64,000 nt of DNA from Nitrosopumilus sp. (lineage in GTDB: Archaea > Thermoproteota > Nitrososphaeria > Nitrososphaerales > Nitrosopumilaceae), in the NCBI GenBank assembly GCA_965223425.1, contig OZ245003.1, forward strand, positions 864,001 through 928,000. The letters are read 5' to 3'. Position numbers and translations under genes: made by a program. Below the pieces are notes generated by a model. The model worked only from the letters and a program-made list of their open reading frames with translations, was not told the DNA's origin and ran no database searches. Positions 1 through 10,464 of this stretch are shown in pieces; the first letter of the stretch is position 1; each line of letters starts with the position of its first letter.

Positions 1-130
1 ACGGATTTCTAATTTCTGCGAATTTACAATGATCTTTTGCATCAAAATTAAATAATTTCCTGGACTGGCTTTGTGTGTCTTGGTAGTGTGTGCTGCAGAA
101 AAAATTTGACGGGTCAATTATGCATAAAGT

Positions 131-520
131 CTATGATTCCGGCCCCGCATCCAGGTCTGCTGCAAGCTGTCTTGCCTGCGGCCCGCCTATCAGGTGCTTT
201 CGTCCCCTGCCGCTGCGCTCGAACCTTGCGCGTATTCCCTCGTCCTGTGCGCGGTTGAGCCATGCAGATATGGTGGACTTGGGCCTTCCCAGCATCCTTC
301 CAATCCTGTCTAGCGGCACGCCGTCCTTGCGCTGCATGTACGCAAGCAGCCTGTCGCGCCTTCTGGGATCGGTCTCTTTTTTGTATGCCCTTTTGAGGTC
401 TGCAACGCTGGTGTTTGGCAGAAATTTTGCCCCCCTTGCAACCTGTCTCTTTTTTTGTTTGTACATGCAGTGTGTGCGGTATGGCCGGTCTTGGATCTTT
501 TGGCCAAAAATAATTGTCAA
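131..520 (-). pseudogene. IS630-like transposase N-terminal HTH remnant
   Basis: IGRMLGRPKSTISAWLNR...RSGRGRK HTH pattern; ORF stops before any DDE domain. Confidence 0.6.
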
Positions 521-599
521 AATGGTTCAGTTTTTTTATGTGCATACTACAGCTCCCGAATGTCTGATATCTGTCTGGTCTCTGCAAGCTTTTTGTCAG

Positions 600-941
600 G
601 CAGTGACAGTGCAGACCTTATGGCAGGCTCCATGTATCGTATGCCGGTACTGACATTTGACTGGCTCAGGTCAAAAAGCAGGCTCAGGAGACCTGTGTAA
701 CGTATGTTCTGTAGTGGATCAGTGCCATCAGGATTCTGTCCCTGCGGCAGTGTTTGAACCTGCGCCCTGCGCCGATGTCTCGGATTCTGTTATTCCTAGA
801 GAGGCGTCTTTCCTCCGTTATCTTGTACTGTGACTCTATCTCCGGGCACAGATCATAAAACTGCCCGGGGGTAACTCCCGTCATGGACAGGAATAATTTT
901 GGTTTTTTTGCCAGCTTTTTGTGGTTTAACATGACATGCAT
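600..941 (-). pseudogene. IS5-family (ISL2-like) transposase remnant, frameshifted
   Basis: FLSMTGVT...GAGRRFK...ILMALIHYRTYVTQ, continuing in another frame as LLSLLFDLSQSNV. Confidence 0.6.
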
Positions 942-1056
942 GGCATTTTGCCTGTTTTGGATCTAGTTGCGAACAAATATCTGGAAAATGGTAAAATTAT
1001 GTTAATAACGGATAGGGTCTATAGAGTTATTGGAATGTATGTTTCAATAGAGAATA

Positions 1057-2520
1057 TTGGATCAAAAGAGAACATGCAAGGGTTTGTGTAAAAAATACCG
1101 AGTAGCAAAGCCCACAGGAATTGGTAGATATGAATCAGGTCAGGGCAGATGTCAGATATGCGATATATGGCTCAATCATAAAGGCGCCAAAATGAAAAAT
1201 GGAATGCCTGCAACCAAAGGATCTATTGGATGGTTCTGCCGCTGTTGTAATTATCGAATAAGACAAAAACCTAGAAACAAAATCTACAAAGAAAAACTTC
1301 ACAATTCACAAAATCACTCAAACATTCCAAAATATAATCAATTGATGCTTCCAATTCTTCAAATTTGCAGTCAAAAAAGCCACACACAAAAGGAGTTGGA
1401 AGATTCTATTGCAGACAGATTCAATATTACAGAACAAGAGCGCAGAATCATCTTGCGCAATAAAGAGACTTATTTGACAAACAGAATCTATTGGGCCACG
1501 TTATATCTGAGAAAAGCCAGTCTTTTGGTCAAAAAGGAAGATAGTTTTTTCTATGCTACAGAGGATGGAGAAAAGATATTGGGCCAAAATCCCTCTAAAA
1601 TTGATAAAAAATTTCTGCTTAAGATACCTGTGTTTGCCAGATGGATTAACAAATCTGCTAAGAAAGACAAGTCAGTTGTAGGTAACAAATTAGATGAGCT
1701 TATTGCAAAATCTCTGGATTTGATTAAACACGATATAGTGTATGTTAATGATCTTACAAGGATTCTAGGTATCACCGATGATGTGAAAGACTTGCTTGTG
1801 CATAAATTACTTGAGATGCAAAAAGTGACAAAAGAAGATATACAGTATCAGGGAGATATCTTAGATTCCATACTCAAATATAATCCTCCTGTAGAGAATA
1901 ATTCTGATTCTACAGAAAATGATGCAGAATCTATAGATGATGGTTTGTCTTATTTTAATAAAAGCAGAGCAGAAATGACTCAAAAGATATTTCATAGTCT
2001 TGCTGAAGATAAGAGTGATTTAAGACACAAGAAATTCAAAAAGTGGAGTAAGATAAATGGAATCACTGTAACTGAGATTGAAACAGAATTTGATATGTCC
2101 ATTGAAAAATTCATCAGTCTTGCATATGCGTCACCGCCAAACAAAATATCGCTGATAAGGGAGTTTGAGCATATAAAATCAGAGATAGGCAGAATTCCCA
2201 CAAAGCAAGACATTGATGAGCATTCAGAGTTTAATTCCTTGCAATATGATGAGGAATTTCAATCATGGGAACATATGTTGGAGAGATTGGGATATGATCC
2301 ATGGTATCGCAAAAAAACCATAAAACCTGTCATAGATGATCTAGAACCAACATCAACCACATACAAAGAATCCCAGAGAAATCTGAAAGAGATAAAAGAT
2401 GAAATTTGCAAGAGATTAAAAAATGACCCGCAGATGTTAGAACTATTCAATACGGTAGATAAAAAAATTCAAGAGTTAGATAATGATACGTTAGAAAAAA
2501 TAATCCAAAATATGGACTAA
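1057..2520 (+). CDS. Zn-finger + Mrr N-terminal wHTH + homing-endonuclease-associated repeat protein
   Basis: N-terminal CxxxC/CxxC/CxCC; IPKYNQLMLPIL...NRIYWATLYLRKASLL (Mrr_N-like); IGRIPTKQD...FQSWEHMLERLG repeat. Confidence 0.65.
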   Translation: MDQKRTCKGLCKKYRVAKPTGIGRYESGQGRCQICDIWLNHKGAKMKNGMPATKGSIGWFCRCCNYRIRQKPRNKIYKEKLHNSQNHSNIPKYNQLMLPILQICSQKSHTQKELEDSIADRFNITEQERRIILRNKETYLTNRIYWATLYLRKASLLVKKEDSFFYATEDGEKILGQNPSKIDKKFLLKIPVFARWINKSAKKDKSVVGNKLDELIAKSLDLIKHDIVYVNDLTRILGITDDVKDLLVHKLLEMQKVTKEDIQYQGDILDSILKYNPPVENNSDSTENDAESIDDGLSYFNKSRAEMTQKIFHSLAEDKSDLRHKKFKKWSKINGITVTEIETEFDMSIEKFISLAYASPPNKISLIREFEHIKSEIGRIPTKQDIDEHSEFNSLQYDEEFQSWEHMLERLGYDPWYRKKTIKPVIDDLEPTSTTYKESQRNLKEIKDEICKRLKNDPQMLELFNTVDKKIQELDNDTLEKIIQNMD

Positions 2521-4649
2521 GTTTGTTCGTTGTCAATATGCGCCTGCAGATATTCTTTTAATAGAAGATCAGAATCTGGATTACATACTTCCTTTATTGC
2601 ATGAATGGAATTTGTAATGTTATCCTCTTTAAATCGAAATATTTCATTATCCAATTTGTCAATACTATGATTGATTTCTGACCATGGTTTGTGTGTGCTT
2701 TGGCAAAAAAGATAAATCGCAGCTAACTGATGTTTACATAGTGTTTTGAAGTAATTCTCATTAAGTTTGTGGCCACAACTACAATGAAACGCATCATTGA
2801 TTGAAGAACGAGTCCTAATGGATACATATACACCATTATCAAATTCAAAATATTGTATCCTGTTTGAAGGGCGTTTAGTACGAGAATTCCGTTCTGTGTT
2901 GGAATGAGTGCTATCGAAGAGTTCAGGATGTAAGCTTTTCTGAAGATCGTCCCATGTATTATGTGTCTTGATCTCCCTATCTATTACATCTTCAAAGGAG
3001 TATGTAGATAAATTTGCTAGGTTGCAGACAAATTTAAAGAATTTGTCGGATGCAGATTCAAAATCATCCTCCTCCAAAATATGAAGATCTACTTCCTGCA
3101 TGCATCCTATTGGAAATGTTGTCTCCAAATGATCTGGTGCAGTTTCCACTGTAGCAAGTCCCGATTCATAGTTTAGTGACTTGATTAAGACAATCTTCCC
3201 TCTACTTTCTCCATACATTACTTTTGCCACAGAATGCAGTCTACATGGAATCGTGGGAGTAATAGAGCACCAACTACGAATTCCATCTTCATCTATTACC
3301 TGGATCCTTCTGTCATCTCTGGTCTGTTGCAGTATCTCAGGATTAGCTTTTGTACACGTAAATATAACGCCTTGTTCTTTTGGTGGAATCGCATTTTTGA
3401 GCGACGATAATATCTCCGAGGTAATATCATCTTCGATCATGACTTTGCAGTGAAATATGTTAGATGTTGCCTGAAAGTCCATCTCTTTCATTATCTTCAC
3501 CTGTTCTGGCCGGAAATTATAGTTTGTAAGATCCACAATAAAATCAAATTTTTTCATATTCTCTCGAGGACTCTGGAGCATTACTGCATCACTTAGAACA
3601 AGACCTGCAATACGAGTAACTTGATCATCTAGATCATCAAGATCTCCAGTCTCCATAGTCTTTATCTCGGAAATGAATTGATCAGGCGTTATGTTTCTGC
3701 CAAAGAATTTGGTCCGGCCGGCTGATATTACCTCCTTTTTTATTTTTTCCATCTTGCGATTATAATTTTCAACGGAAAATAGTTGATCAGAATCAGGAGA
3801 GTATTTCCAATATGTACGGTTTCTAACAATGATGAGTTTTCTTTCTAATTCATCCAGTATGTCGTCAATTATTTGGACTCTGGCCGTGATTCGGATTAAC
3901 GGAAATTCATTCATTGATTTTACCATCAGGCTGTTATAGGATAGTCCCTCCTCCATCTCGTTGATTATGCTGTAAACCTTGTCAGAGAGTTTTGAATATT
4001 TTGCTGGAAGGGAGACATCTCCATCCATGCTTGTTATGTATGATTCATCTGCCAGATAATTGACGGAATTATTCAATTTATAATCAAGATCGTCATTTAG
4101 ATATTTTTCAAAGGAATCGCGTATCTTATTGTTGTATAACGCAGGTATACTATTCTTGTATTTTTTATATGAGTTGAGAATTATTTTTTTCAAATCAAAA
4201 CTATCTATGTATTCTAAATCTAGAATAACATTGCTGACAAGGGCACCAAGTATGTTGGCATGGAACAATTCTTCAAGGGGTTTTGCAAAGATATTTGACT
4301 GCTCGGTCAAAAACTCGTATTGATTTGCCCATTTTTTATTCTGAAGGTTTATCATTTTGTTGTCTTTGTTTGGATCCTTTGATCTGTCACCTTTGAAATT
4401 CAGAGCAGTTGCAACCATTGTAAAATCGTTATAGCTGCGCATCTGGTATTTTTTTACCATGTGTCGTGTAAATACCCCGTTCATAAAATCCTCAACAAAG
4501 TCTGGCAGAAATACAAATGGATATTTTTTGACGATGTTTGCAGTGAGCGATATCATCTTGTTTGCCTTGACAATATCCATTGAACCATAATTTGTGATCA
4601 TCTCATCGCAGTCTTGTTTGAATACGTGCATTGATGAGAGATTAGCCAT
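2517..4649 (-). CDS. Large protein with restriction-endonuclease-like domain and C-terminal SWIM Zn finger
   Basis: 710 aa ORF; FDFIVD...FHCKV...GVIFT...IQVIDEDGI resembles Mrr_cat fold; CSC...CKH SWIM motif. Confidence 0.5.
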   Translation of the reverse strand: MANLSSMHVFKQDCDEMITNYGSMDIVKANKMISLTANIVKKYPFVFLPDFVEDFMNGVFTRHMVKKYQMRSYNDFTMVATALNFKGDRSKDPNKDNKMINLQNKKWANQYEFLTEQSNIFAKPLEELFHANILGALVSNVILDLEYIDSFDLKKIILNSYKKYKNSIPALYNNKIRDSFEKYLNDDLDYKLNNSVNYLADESYITSMDGDVSLPAKYSKLSDKVYSIINEMEEGLSYNSLMVKSMNEFPLIRITARVQIIDDILDELERKLIIVRNRTYWKYSPDSDQLFSVENYNRKMEKIKKEVISAGRTKFFGRNITPDQFISEIKTMETGDLDDLDDQVTRIAGLVLSDAVMLQSPRENMKKFDFIVDLTNYNFRPEQVKIMKEMDFQATSNIFHCKVMIEDDITSEILSSLKNAIPPKEQGVIFTCTKANPEILQQTRDDRRIQVIDEDGIRSWCSITPTIPCRLHSVAKVMYGESRGKIVLIKSLNYESGLATVETAPDHLETTFPIGCMQEVDLHILEEDDFESASDKFFKFVCNLANLSTYSFEDVIDREIKTHNTWDDLQKSLHPELFDSTHSNTERNSRTKRPSNRIQYFEFDNGVYVSIRTRSSINDAFHCSCGHKLNENYFKTLCKHQLAAIYLFCQSTHKPWSEINHSIDKLDNEIFRFKEDNITNSIHAIKEVCNPDSDLLLKEYLQAHIDNEQT

Positions 4650-4675
4650 ATTATATCCGGAACGTTATGGTCATC

Positions 4676-5137
4676 TTACGGCTGACCTGAGTGTGATTTA
4701 ATGCCGTCTTCCAAAAATTCCTCATACTGTTTATTGTTGATGTCGGGTTGACTGTCTAGTTGCATCAAGATCTTTATTCCGCCGTTTGCATATTCTTCGC
4801 ATGTTTTGATAAGTTTTTTAGGATCAGCAAGTGTTTCCAAACCGGCGTCATTATCAGATAATGCCACACAACACATCAACCACACTTCTTGTTCATTTAG
4901 TGCATCTCGCCGTATGGACTGGGATGGAGTTTTAATGGACTCCTTGGCGTCTCGTTTCTTGCCAATGGCCATTGCTAGTAGAAATATGTCTATCTGTCTC
5001 TTGTTGTAAAAGATCGAGTTCTTTTCAACAAGAGCTCCATTTATGCTCGAATAAAATTTCTCCACTGAGCCATCATTCTTGTCATATGACATATGGGTGG
5101 GCCAATCAGACTGGAGTTGACGAGATATCTTATTCAT
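4676..5137 (-). CDS. pbeD: PbeD-like small protein
   Basis: DIFLLAMAIG...EEYANGGI motif; overlaps the 3' end of the SMC-like ATPase; position matches pbeABCD. Confidence 0.6.
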   Translation of the reverse strand: MNKISRQLQSDWPTHMSYDKNDGSVEKFYSSINGALVEKNSIFYNKRQIDIFLLAMAIGKKRDAKESIKTPSQSIRRDALNEQEVWLMCCVALSDNDAGLETLADPKKLIKTCEEYANGGIKILMQLDSQPDINNKQYEEFLEDGIKSHSGQP

Positions 5138-7236
5138 AGTTTCACCTGCTCAATTGTGGTATGGGATGTATTTGATTTACTTTCATGCGTTTTTAGCAGA
5201 TATTCTCCCCATATGCTGTTATTCGCCATCAATGTTTCCCTAACTGATGGAATCTCCTCTCCTGTAATGCCCTTGTTTGCATGACCTGTATATTCCTGAT
5301 CCTGTACCAACAACGTAATCTGTGTTTGTGGAAGAAACTTTGGTAGATTCTTGGCAATATCAACTCGCTCTTCCTGTGATATGTTGTGTAGTGGAGAATC
5401 AATCAGCATAAAATAATTTTTTTCGGCAATCTCACGTATGGCTGCAATATATGACAATGCAAGACAACAGCTCTGGCCTGCTGACAATGACTTGTATTTT
5501 TGATCTTTGCCTAATACCAATGTTTTGTAGTTTTCCTTTATCTGGACTTTGGAGAAATCATTCTTTCTTGACACCAATTTGAGGAAATACTGCGTGGTTT
5601 TCTCTGCAACTGTGTCTCGCAGTTCATCTATGATCTCGTCTCTATAGTTTTTGAATATTTTTTCAAGCGTGTTTGCAAGGTTTATCCTGTTGTTTTGTGA
5701 TTTGTATCTGTCATCTTGCTTCATTTTCATCTTCAATTCCCTATCCTTTTGCTCCAGCTCACGTTTTGCCCGCTCACTTTCATCTCGTGCACGGCTTTTG
5801 CTTTCAATTGCACTTCTTTCCTCATTTTTCAAATCCTTTAATTGTTGGAATTTTTTTTGAATTTCTTCTATGTTGATATTGGCAAATTTTTTCTCCAGAG
5901 CCTTCTTTTCATCATATTTGCCGCGATCATAAGTATCAAGTTCGTCTCTGCCACCCTTGTATTTCTTTAGTGTGTCATCCATGGATTGCACTTCATCCCA
6001 CATGTTGTCCCAGTGGCCTCTCCCAATTGTGATGTTTTGAATTATGGGAGATTCTATCAGATTTTTCTTCAAAAGTTCTTCTATGTGCCGTCTTTGGGTA
6101 CTGCCTTCATCCAGGTTCGCCCCACATATACATCTGGGCGGATTTCCTTCTAGTATATTTTTGAGTGCAAGTCCGCTTACTGCAATTGGAATCTTTCCTT
6201 CGTTTTCCCACACATTGCATTTCTCTATGCTTCGTTTTATGGAGTCACTCAGACGAATCAATATGTTGGAGTGTAATACCCAGTCATTCATCTCTTGTTT
6301 ATGTTCCTTCAAGCGTTTCTTGTTATTGCTGATGTCTTGTGTTAGTCCGTCAATACGTGATTGTGTATTTTTTATTGTCTCTTCATTGTGAGTTCGCAGA
6401 AAAGATTCTATCATGTTTATGTCTCTAGTAAATTTAACAATCTTCTCTTCTTCAGATTCGATTTTTTTGTTGGCAGTATCTATCTTTCTTTCATAAAGCA
6501 GCACTTCATCTTTGAGAGGTTCTACGTTGACTCCCTTTATGGTATTCCGGATCGAGGCTGACGTCTTTATAAGATGGTTTATCGCAGTATCAAGAACAGG
6601 AAGTCCAGATATTTTCTCAATGCCGTCTTTTACCTTTGCGTTTTTCTCATCATATATGTCAAAAAAATTATCCAATAATTCTGCATCAAATAGGAAATAC
6701 TTTGATAATGATTTTGGAAATATGTTGTCTATGGCGCTTTTTACTCGGTCGGGATCAGTATATAGTACCCAATCTGAATCACGAGTAAGATGACTAAATG
6801 TTATTGTTTCCTTCAGAACTATTCCTTTGGATATTCTTCCACCGATGGCCGAATGCTGGATGAGTTCGGCAGAGTCGTATTTTTTGGTAAATTCCATTAC
6901 TCGCGTTATTTTATAGCGAAGCTCATCTTCTTCATACAGCTGAATTTCAACTATGGTATCATCAAAGTTATTGACGTTAAGACTTTCTAGTGCACTAGTA
7001 TTCAGAATTCCTTCATCACTATCTATATTTGCAGAACGATTCTCCCCGTACAAACACCAGTAGATTGCATCCAATAGAGTTGTTTTTCCATGACCCATTT
7101 CACCGTGTATTATTGTAATGGTTTTTTGTAGATCACGTGACAGCTCTATGGTAACATCGCCTTTGTATGTTTTGTAGTTTTTGAGTATTATTTTCCCCAA
7201 CTGTAAACTAGGTCTGTTCTCACTCATAGTTTTCAC
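5134..7236 (-). CDS. pbeC: PbeC-like SMC/Rad50-family ATPase
   Basis: Walker A GEMGHGKTT, long coiled coil, LSAGQ signature, LIDSP Walker B. Confidence 0.75.
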   Translation of the reverse strand: MKTMSENRPSLQLGKIILKNYKTYKGDVTIELSRDLQKTITIIHGEMGHGKTTLLDAIYWCLYGENRSANIDSDEGILNTSALESLNVNNFDDTIVEIQLYEEDELRYKITRVMEFTKKYDSAELIQHSAIGGRISKGIVLKETITFSHLTRDSDWVLYTDPDRVKSAIDNIFPKSLSKYFLFDAELLDNFFDIYDEKNAKVKDGIEKISGLPVLDTAINHLIKTSASIRNTIKGVNVEPLKDEVLLYERKIDTANKKIESEEEKIVKFTRDINMIESFLRTHNEETIKNTQSRIDGLTQDISNNKKRLKEHKQEMNDWVLHSNILIRLSDSIKRSIEKCNVWENEGKIPIAVSGLALKNILEGNPPRCICGANLDEGSTQRRHIEELLKKNLIESPIIQNITIGRGHWDNMWDEVQSMDDTLKKYKGGRDELDTYDRGKYDEKKALEKKFANINIEEIQKKFQQLKDLKNEERSAIESKSRARDESERAKRELEQKDRELKMKMKQDDRYKSQNNRINLANTLEKIFKNYRDEIIDELRDTVAEKTTQYFLKLVSRKNDFSKVQIKENYKTLVLGKDQKYKSLSAGQSCCLALSYIAAIREIAEKNYFMLIDSPLHNISQEERVDIAKNLPKFLPQTQITLLVQDQEYTGHANKGITGEEIPSVRETLMANNSIWGEYLLKTHESKSNTSHTTIEQVKL

Positions 7237-7429
7237 AGAAATTCCTTACTTGTTCATCGTCTGCATATTTTTCAAGAAGCTTGTTTATGTTGGATTTGTA
7301 ATCTTTTTTTGCGTTTTGAATATCCATATCGATCTCTGCCTTGAGAATTTCATGTAAGATCTCTTTTATCTTATCAGGCAAGTTGCCATTTTGAATCTTG
7401 TTTGATATGAGAGGGTTTATGGACAACAT
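7220..7429 (-). CDS. pbeB: PbeB-like small subunit
   Basis: 69 aa ORF between the helicase and the ATPase, overlapping the ATPase start. Confidence 0.5.
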   Translation of the reverse strand: MLSINPLISNKIQNGNLPDKIKEILHEILKAEIDMDIQNAKKDYKSNINKLLEKYADDEQVRNFCENYE

Positions 7430-7551
7430 TGGACTGTTTGAAAAAACACCATAAAAATCTTATTTACTATATACGACACTTGACAAGTAAAATTATCAAA
7501 TTAATATGGGATGGATGGAATATTCAGAAATTTGGATTTGTTTTTCGCCTA

Positions 7552-9612
7552 TTATGATATTGAAAATTTTTCTTTTAATTTCTTTATGTTCTCTAGACAG
7601 GATTCATGGTTTATGGCTATGCCTGCCATCTCTTCCATCCTCCTTATCTGTGATGCCACTATCTGGCGCTCTATGCGAACCTCGTCATCGGTATAATCTT
7701 CTGAAATACTCGGAACTACAAGCAGATCGTAAATAATGGCATTATCTTTCTTGCTTCCATCTGGATAGCCTTCCTTGAATCTACGTAGAACACGACCCCT
7801 GCGCTGTATGAACTGTTTTGGATTTCCCGTACTTGCAAGCATTATGCAGTTTTTGGCAGATGGAATATCTGCACCTTCATCTAGAACCCGGTTTGCAACT
7901 ATTGCGTTAAACAACCCCTTGCTGAATTTTTTGATAATATCGGACCTCATGACGGGGTTTGATGGGTTTTTGTGGGTAATCTCTCGGTTTATTATGGCAG
8001 ACTTGTCCAGGGTTTTTTTAACCGTGTCCATTTGCTTTTCTGAACAATATATGAGGGCATACTCTAGGCCGTCTTTGTGTTCTTGAACCCACTCCTTGAA
8101 CTTGACAATCTTGCTTTCTGCATTTAGTATTATCCTTGAGCGATTTATTAATGCCAATTCGAGTTTTTCACGATCTTCTGGCTTTTTGGAATTCCAAAGT
8201 CGAGCTATGACCTTTGTGTAGGAGCTGTATTTCTCGTATTCTTCCTCGTTCAAGTCCACATGTATTGGGTGGTAATAATACCCAACAAGAAATTTTCTCT
8301 CTATTGCACTTTGCAAGTCAAGTGTGTATACGGTATCGCCAAAGAATCGCTGGAGCAATGCAGTCCCATCAGGATCAAAATATCTCTCAAGTGTTGCAGA
8401 TAATCCAAGCCTGTAATTATACGCGTTTGTAAGACCAGAAATATGTGCCGATGCACCTGCATTATGAACTTCATCGGCTACAAGTAATAGCGGAGCATTA
8501 CAACTTTCAACTATGCTGATAAATTTGTCAGTGCAAAATGTCTTGTATGTGGTGATAATTATCGATATGTTGCGATTTCTAGTCTCCAAGGATGCGATTT
8601 TATCTTTCATGTGTTGATCCCATTTTGTGTCGCCTGATGTAACTGCTGAATCAAATCCCCATTTTGCAAGTTCTTGTTTCCACTGTCTTTCAATATTGTC
8701 AAACGGGCAGGCGATTACAACCTGAAGTGTTTCCTGGATCTTTTGCAATTCTTTTATGCAGCCAACTGCGGCAAACGTCTTACCGGTACCTGTGGCCATC
8801 TCAAAGATCCCTCCGTAATCGTTTTCTTTCCAGTTGCGTATGGCAGTCTTTTGATACGGCCTGAGTCGAGGCATGTTCTGCAGCCTTATCTCTGATTTAG
8901 AGTTTGGGGCAATCTCTATGAGGTTTTTTCTTATTGCCTCTGGCAGTGGAATGGTCTTGAGAAGTATGTCAGATTCAATTGATTGACCGTCCCAGTATTT
9001 GTAAAATTCCTCATAGTCCTTGTCTAGAAATTTTTTTTCGCTGTCGTCCCAGCTTCGATATATCCGAAAATGATGATATTCTCCAAACATCTTGTCATCA
9101 AAATCAATATTGCCGGAAAAAGATATAGCCTTGTCATCATTATCCCAAAAAATCCCAGTTTTTAGTTTGAATAGTTGACCATCATCCAATTTCACTTCAG
9201 AAAGTATTGCACCCTGACTGTCGACAGGAACGATTATTTTGATCTCCAGATGATCATTTGCAAGCATCCATGCAAGCGCCCTTGTATGATCTTCTATGAA
9301 TTTCTCCTGCACTTCGGAAAAATCCTTTATCCAGCATTCTGAAATTACATCATGTGCATTTTTTATTCCCTTGTTAATAGAATCAATATCTTCTGCATTA
9401 AATTCGGGAAGCAGTACTAGTTTCATATATCCGTCATTTTGAATGAACTCCTGCAATCCTTCAGCACATGCGGCAAAATTCTTTGATGTGAATTTGCCCC
9501 CTATTCGGTTATATTTTCTAGAACATTTGAGAACTTTGTTAAAGAATTCATCGTATACATCGTCACTTATAGAATCATATTCTGATTTTAGCTCGATATC
9601 TTGAAAATTCAT
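7552..9612 (-). CDS. pbeA: PbeA-like PLD-fold + superfamily 2 helicase
   Basis: LRPYQ, MATGTGKT, DEVH, GLSAT, QRRGRVLR helicase motifs; N-terminal PLD-like region with an altered motif. Confidence 0.8.
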   Translation of the reverse strand: MNFQDIELKSEYDSISDDVYDEFFNKVLKCSRKYNRIGGKFTSKNFAACAEGLQEFIQNDGYMKLVLLPEFNAEDIDSINKGIKNAHDVISECWIKDFSEVQEKFIEDHTRALAWMLANDHLEIKIIVPVDSQGAILSEVKLDDGQLFKLKTGIFWDNDDKAISFSGNIDFDDKMFGEYHHFRIYRSWDDSEKKFLDKDYEEFYKYWDGQSIESDILLKTIPLPEAIRKNLIEIAPNSKSEIRLQNMPRLRPYQKTAIRNWKENDYGGIFEMATGTGKTFAAVGCIKELQKIQETLQVVIACPFDNIERQWKQELAKWGFDSAVTSGDTKWDQHMKDKIASLETRNRNISIIITTYKTFCTDKFISIVESCNAPLLLVADEVHNAGASAHISGLTNAYNYRLGLSATLERYFDPDGTALLQRFFGDTVYTLDLQSAIERKFLVGYYYHPIHVDLNEEEYEKYSSYTKVIARLWNSKKPEDREKLELALINRSRIILNAESKIVKFKEWVQEHKDGLEYALIYCSEKQMDTVKKTLDKSAIINREITHKNPSNPVMRSDIIKKFSKGLFNAIVANRVLDEGADIPSAKNCIMLASTGNPKQFIQRRGRVLRRFKEGYPDGSKKDNAIIYDLLVVPSISEDYTDDEVRIERQIVASQIRRMEEMAGIAINHESCLENIKKLKEKFSIS

Positions 9613-10460
9613 AGCATGCCCATCCTCATTAGATGAAATTGGATGTTCTTATCATTTAGTTTGTGGTCGCTAACCATGGCCAGTGTTCCTATTTTATTTC
9701 CATTCTTGTCAATTATTGTTTTTTTGTCACCGTCTATTCCAATTACTTTGTAGTCAAATTCTACGTGATGTGTTGGGCACAAGACAAGCATGTTATCAAA
9801 ATCATCACCACCTCCATCTCCTAACGGATGTATGTGGTGCACTTCGCTGTATCTTGATTTTTCAGAAACGTGTATGGTATTACCGCATATCTGACATTTA
9901 TCATTATATTGTGATTTGAGTTGTTTTACTTTTAGACTGTCTCGAATGAATCGTACTACCACTTCAGATTTTTTGTTTGGGGCGCCATCATCAGACACCA
10001 TTATGGTACCTGTGATCTTTTCTTCCATAGGCGGATATGTATCGATGTTATTTTTTACAAGATAGATGTTTGTAAGCTTGCTAGGTGAACTGATTCCTGC
10101 CTGGTTGCATAGCTTGCTAAAGGTGATATCGATATCGTGAATTGTGGCAAAAAGAATAATCCTATCATGCTCTCTCATTCTAGGTGTGTCTCCCCATATT
10201 CTAATTGCTTGTGACTGGTCAGTAACTTTGGATAGTACTATTCCGCAGTGTCTAAATGGCATTCCTTGCTCTGCAAAAAATATCCTGTCATCTTTTTGTA
10301 TTAACGACCATATGTCGTGATTGGTGGATGGCCCTAACGCCCATACATTATCGGCATCAAACCCATCAATCGATTTGATAATGTCACGGTCATACCCTGT
10401 CCGAAATCGTCGGAACCTCTCTTGATCCCTTTCCCCTACAATTAGTATGTAATCTGCCAT
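9609..10460 (-). CDS. EVE/PUA-like domain + HNH endonuclease (start revised to ATG 10460)
   Basis: CQIC...SEVHHIHPLGDGG.D...NMLVLCPTHH HNH motif; N-terminal W..IQKDDRIFF pattern; the longer ORF overlaps dndA. Confidence 0.75.
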   Translation of the reverse strand: MADYILIVGERDQERFRRFRTGYDRDIIKSIDGFDADNVWALGPSTNHDIWSLIQKDDRIFFAEQGMPFRHCGIVLSKVTDQSQAIRIWGDTPRMREHDRIILFATIHDIDITFSKLCNQAGISSPSKLTNIYLVKNNIDTYPPMEEKITGTIMVSDDGAPNKKSEVVVRFIRDSLKVKQLKSQYNDKCQICGNTIHVSEKSRYSEVHHIHPLGDGGGDDFDNMLVLCPTHHVEFDYKVIGIDGDKKTIIDKNGNKIGTLAMVSDHKLNDKNIQFHLMRMGML

Positions 10461-10464
10461 CTCA

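Noticed and set aside
90-700. Overlapping plus-strand ORFs
   Set aside because: Shadows of transposase remnants
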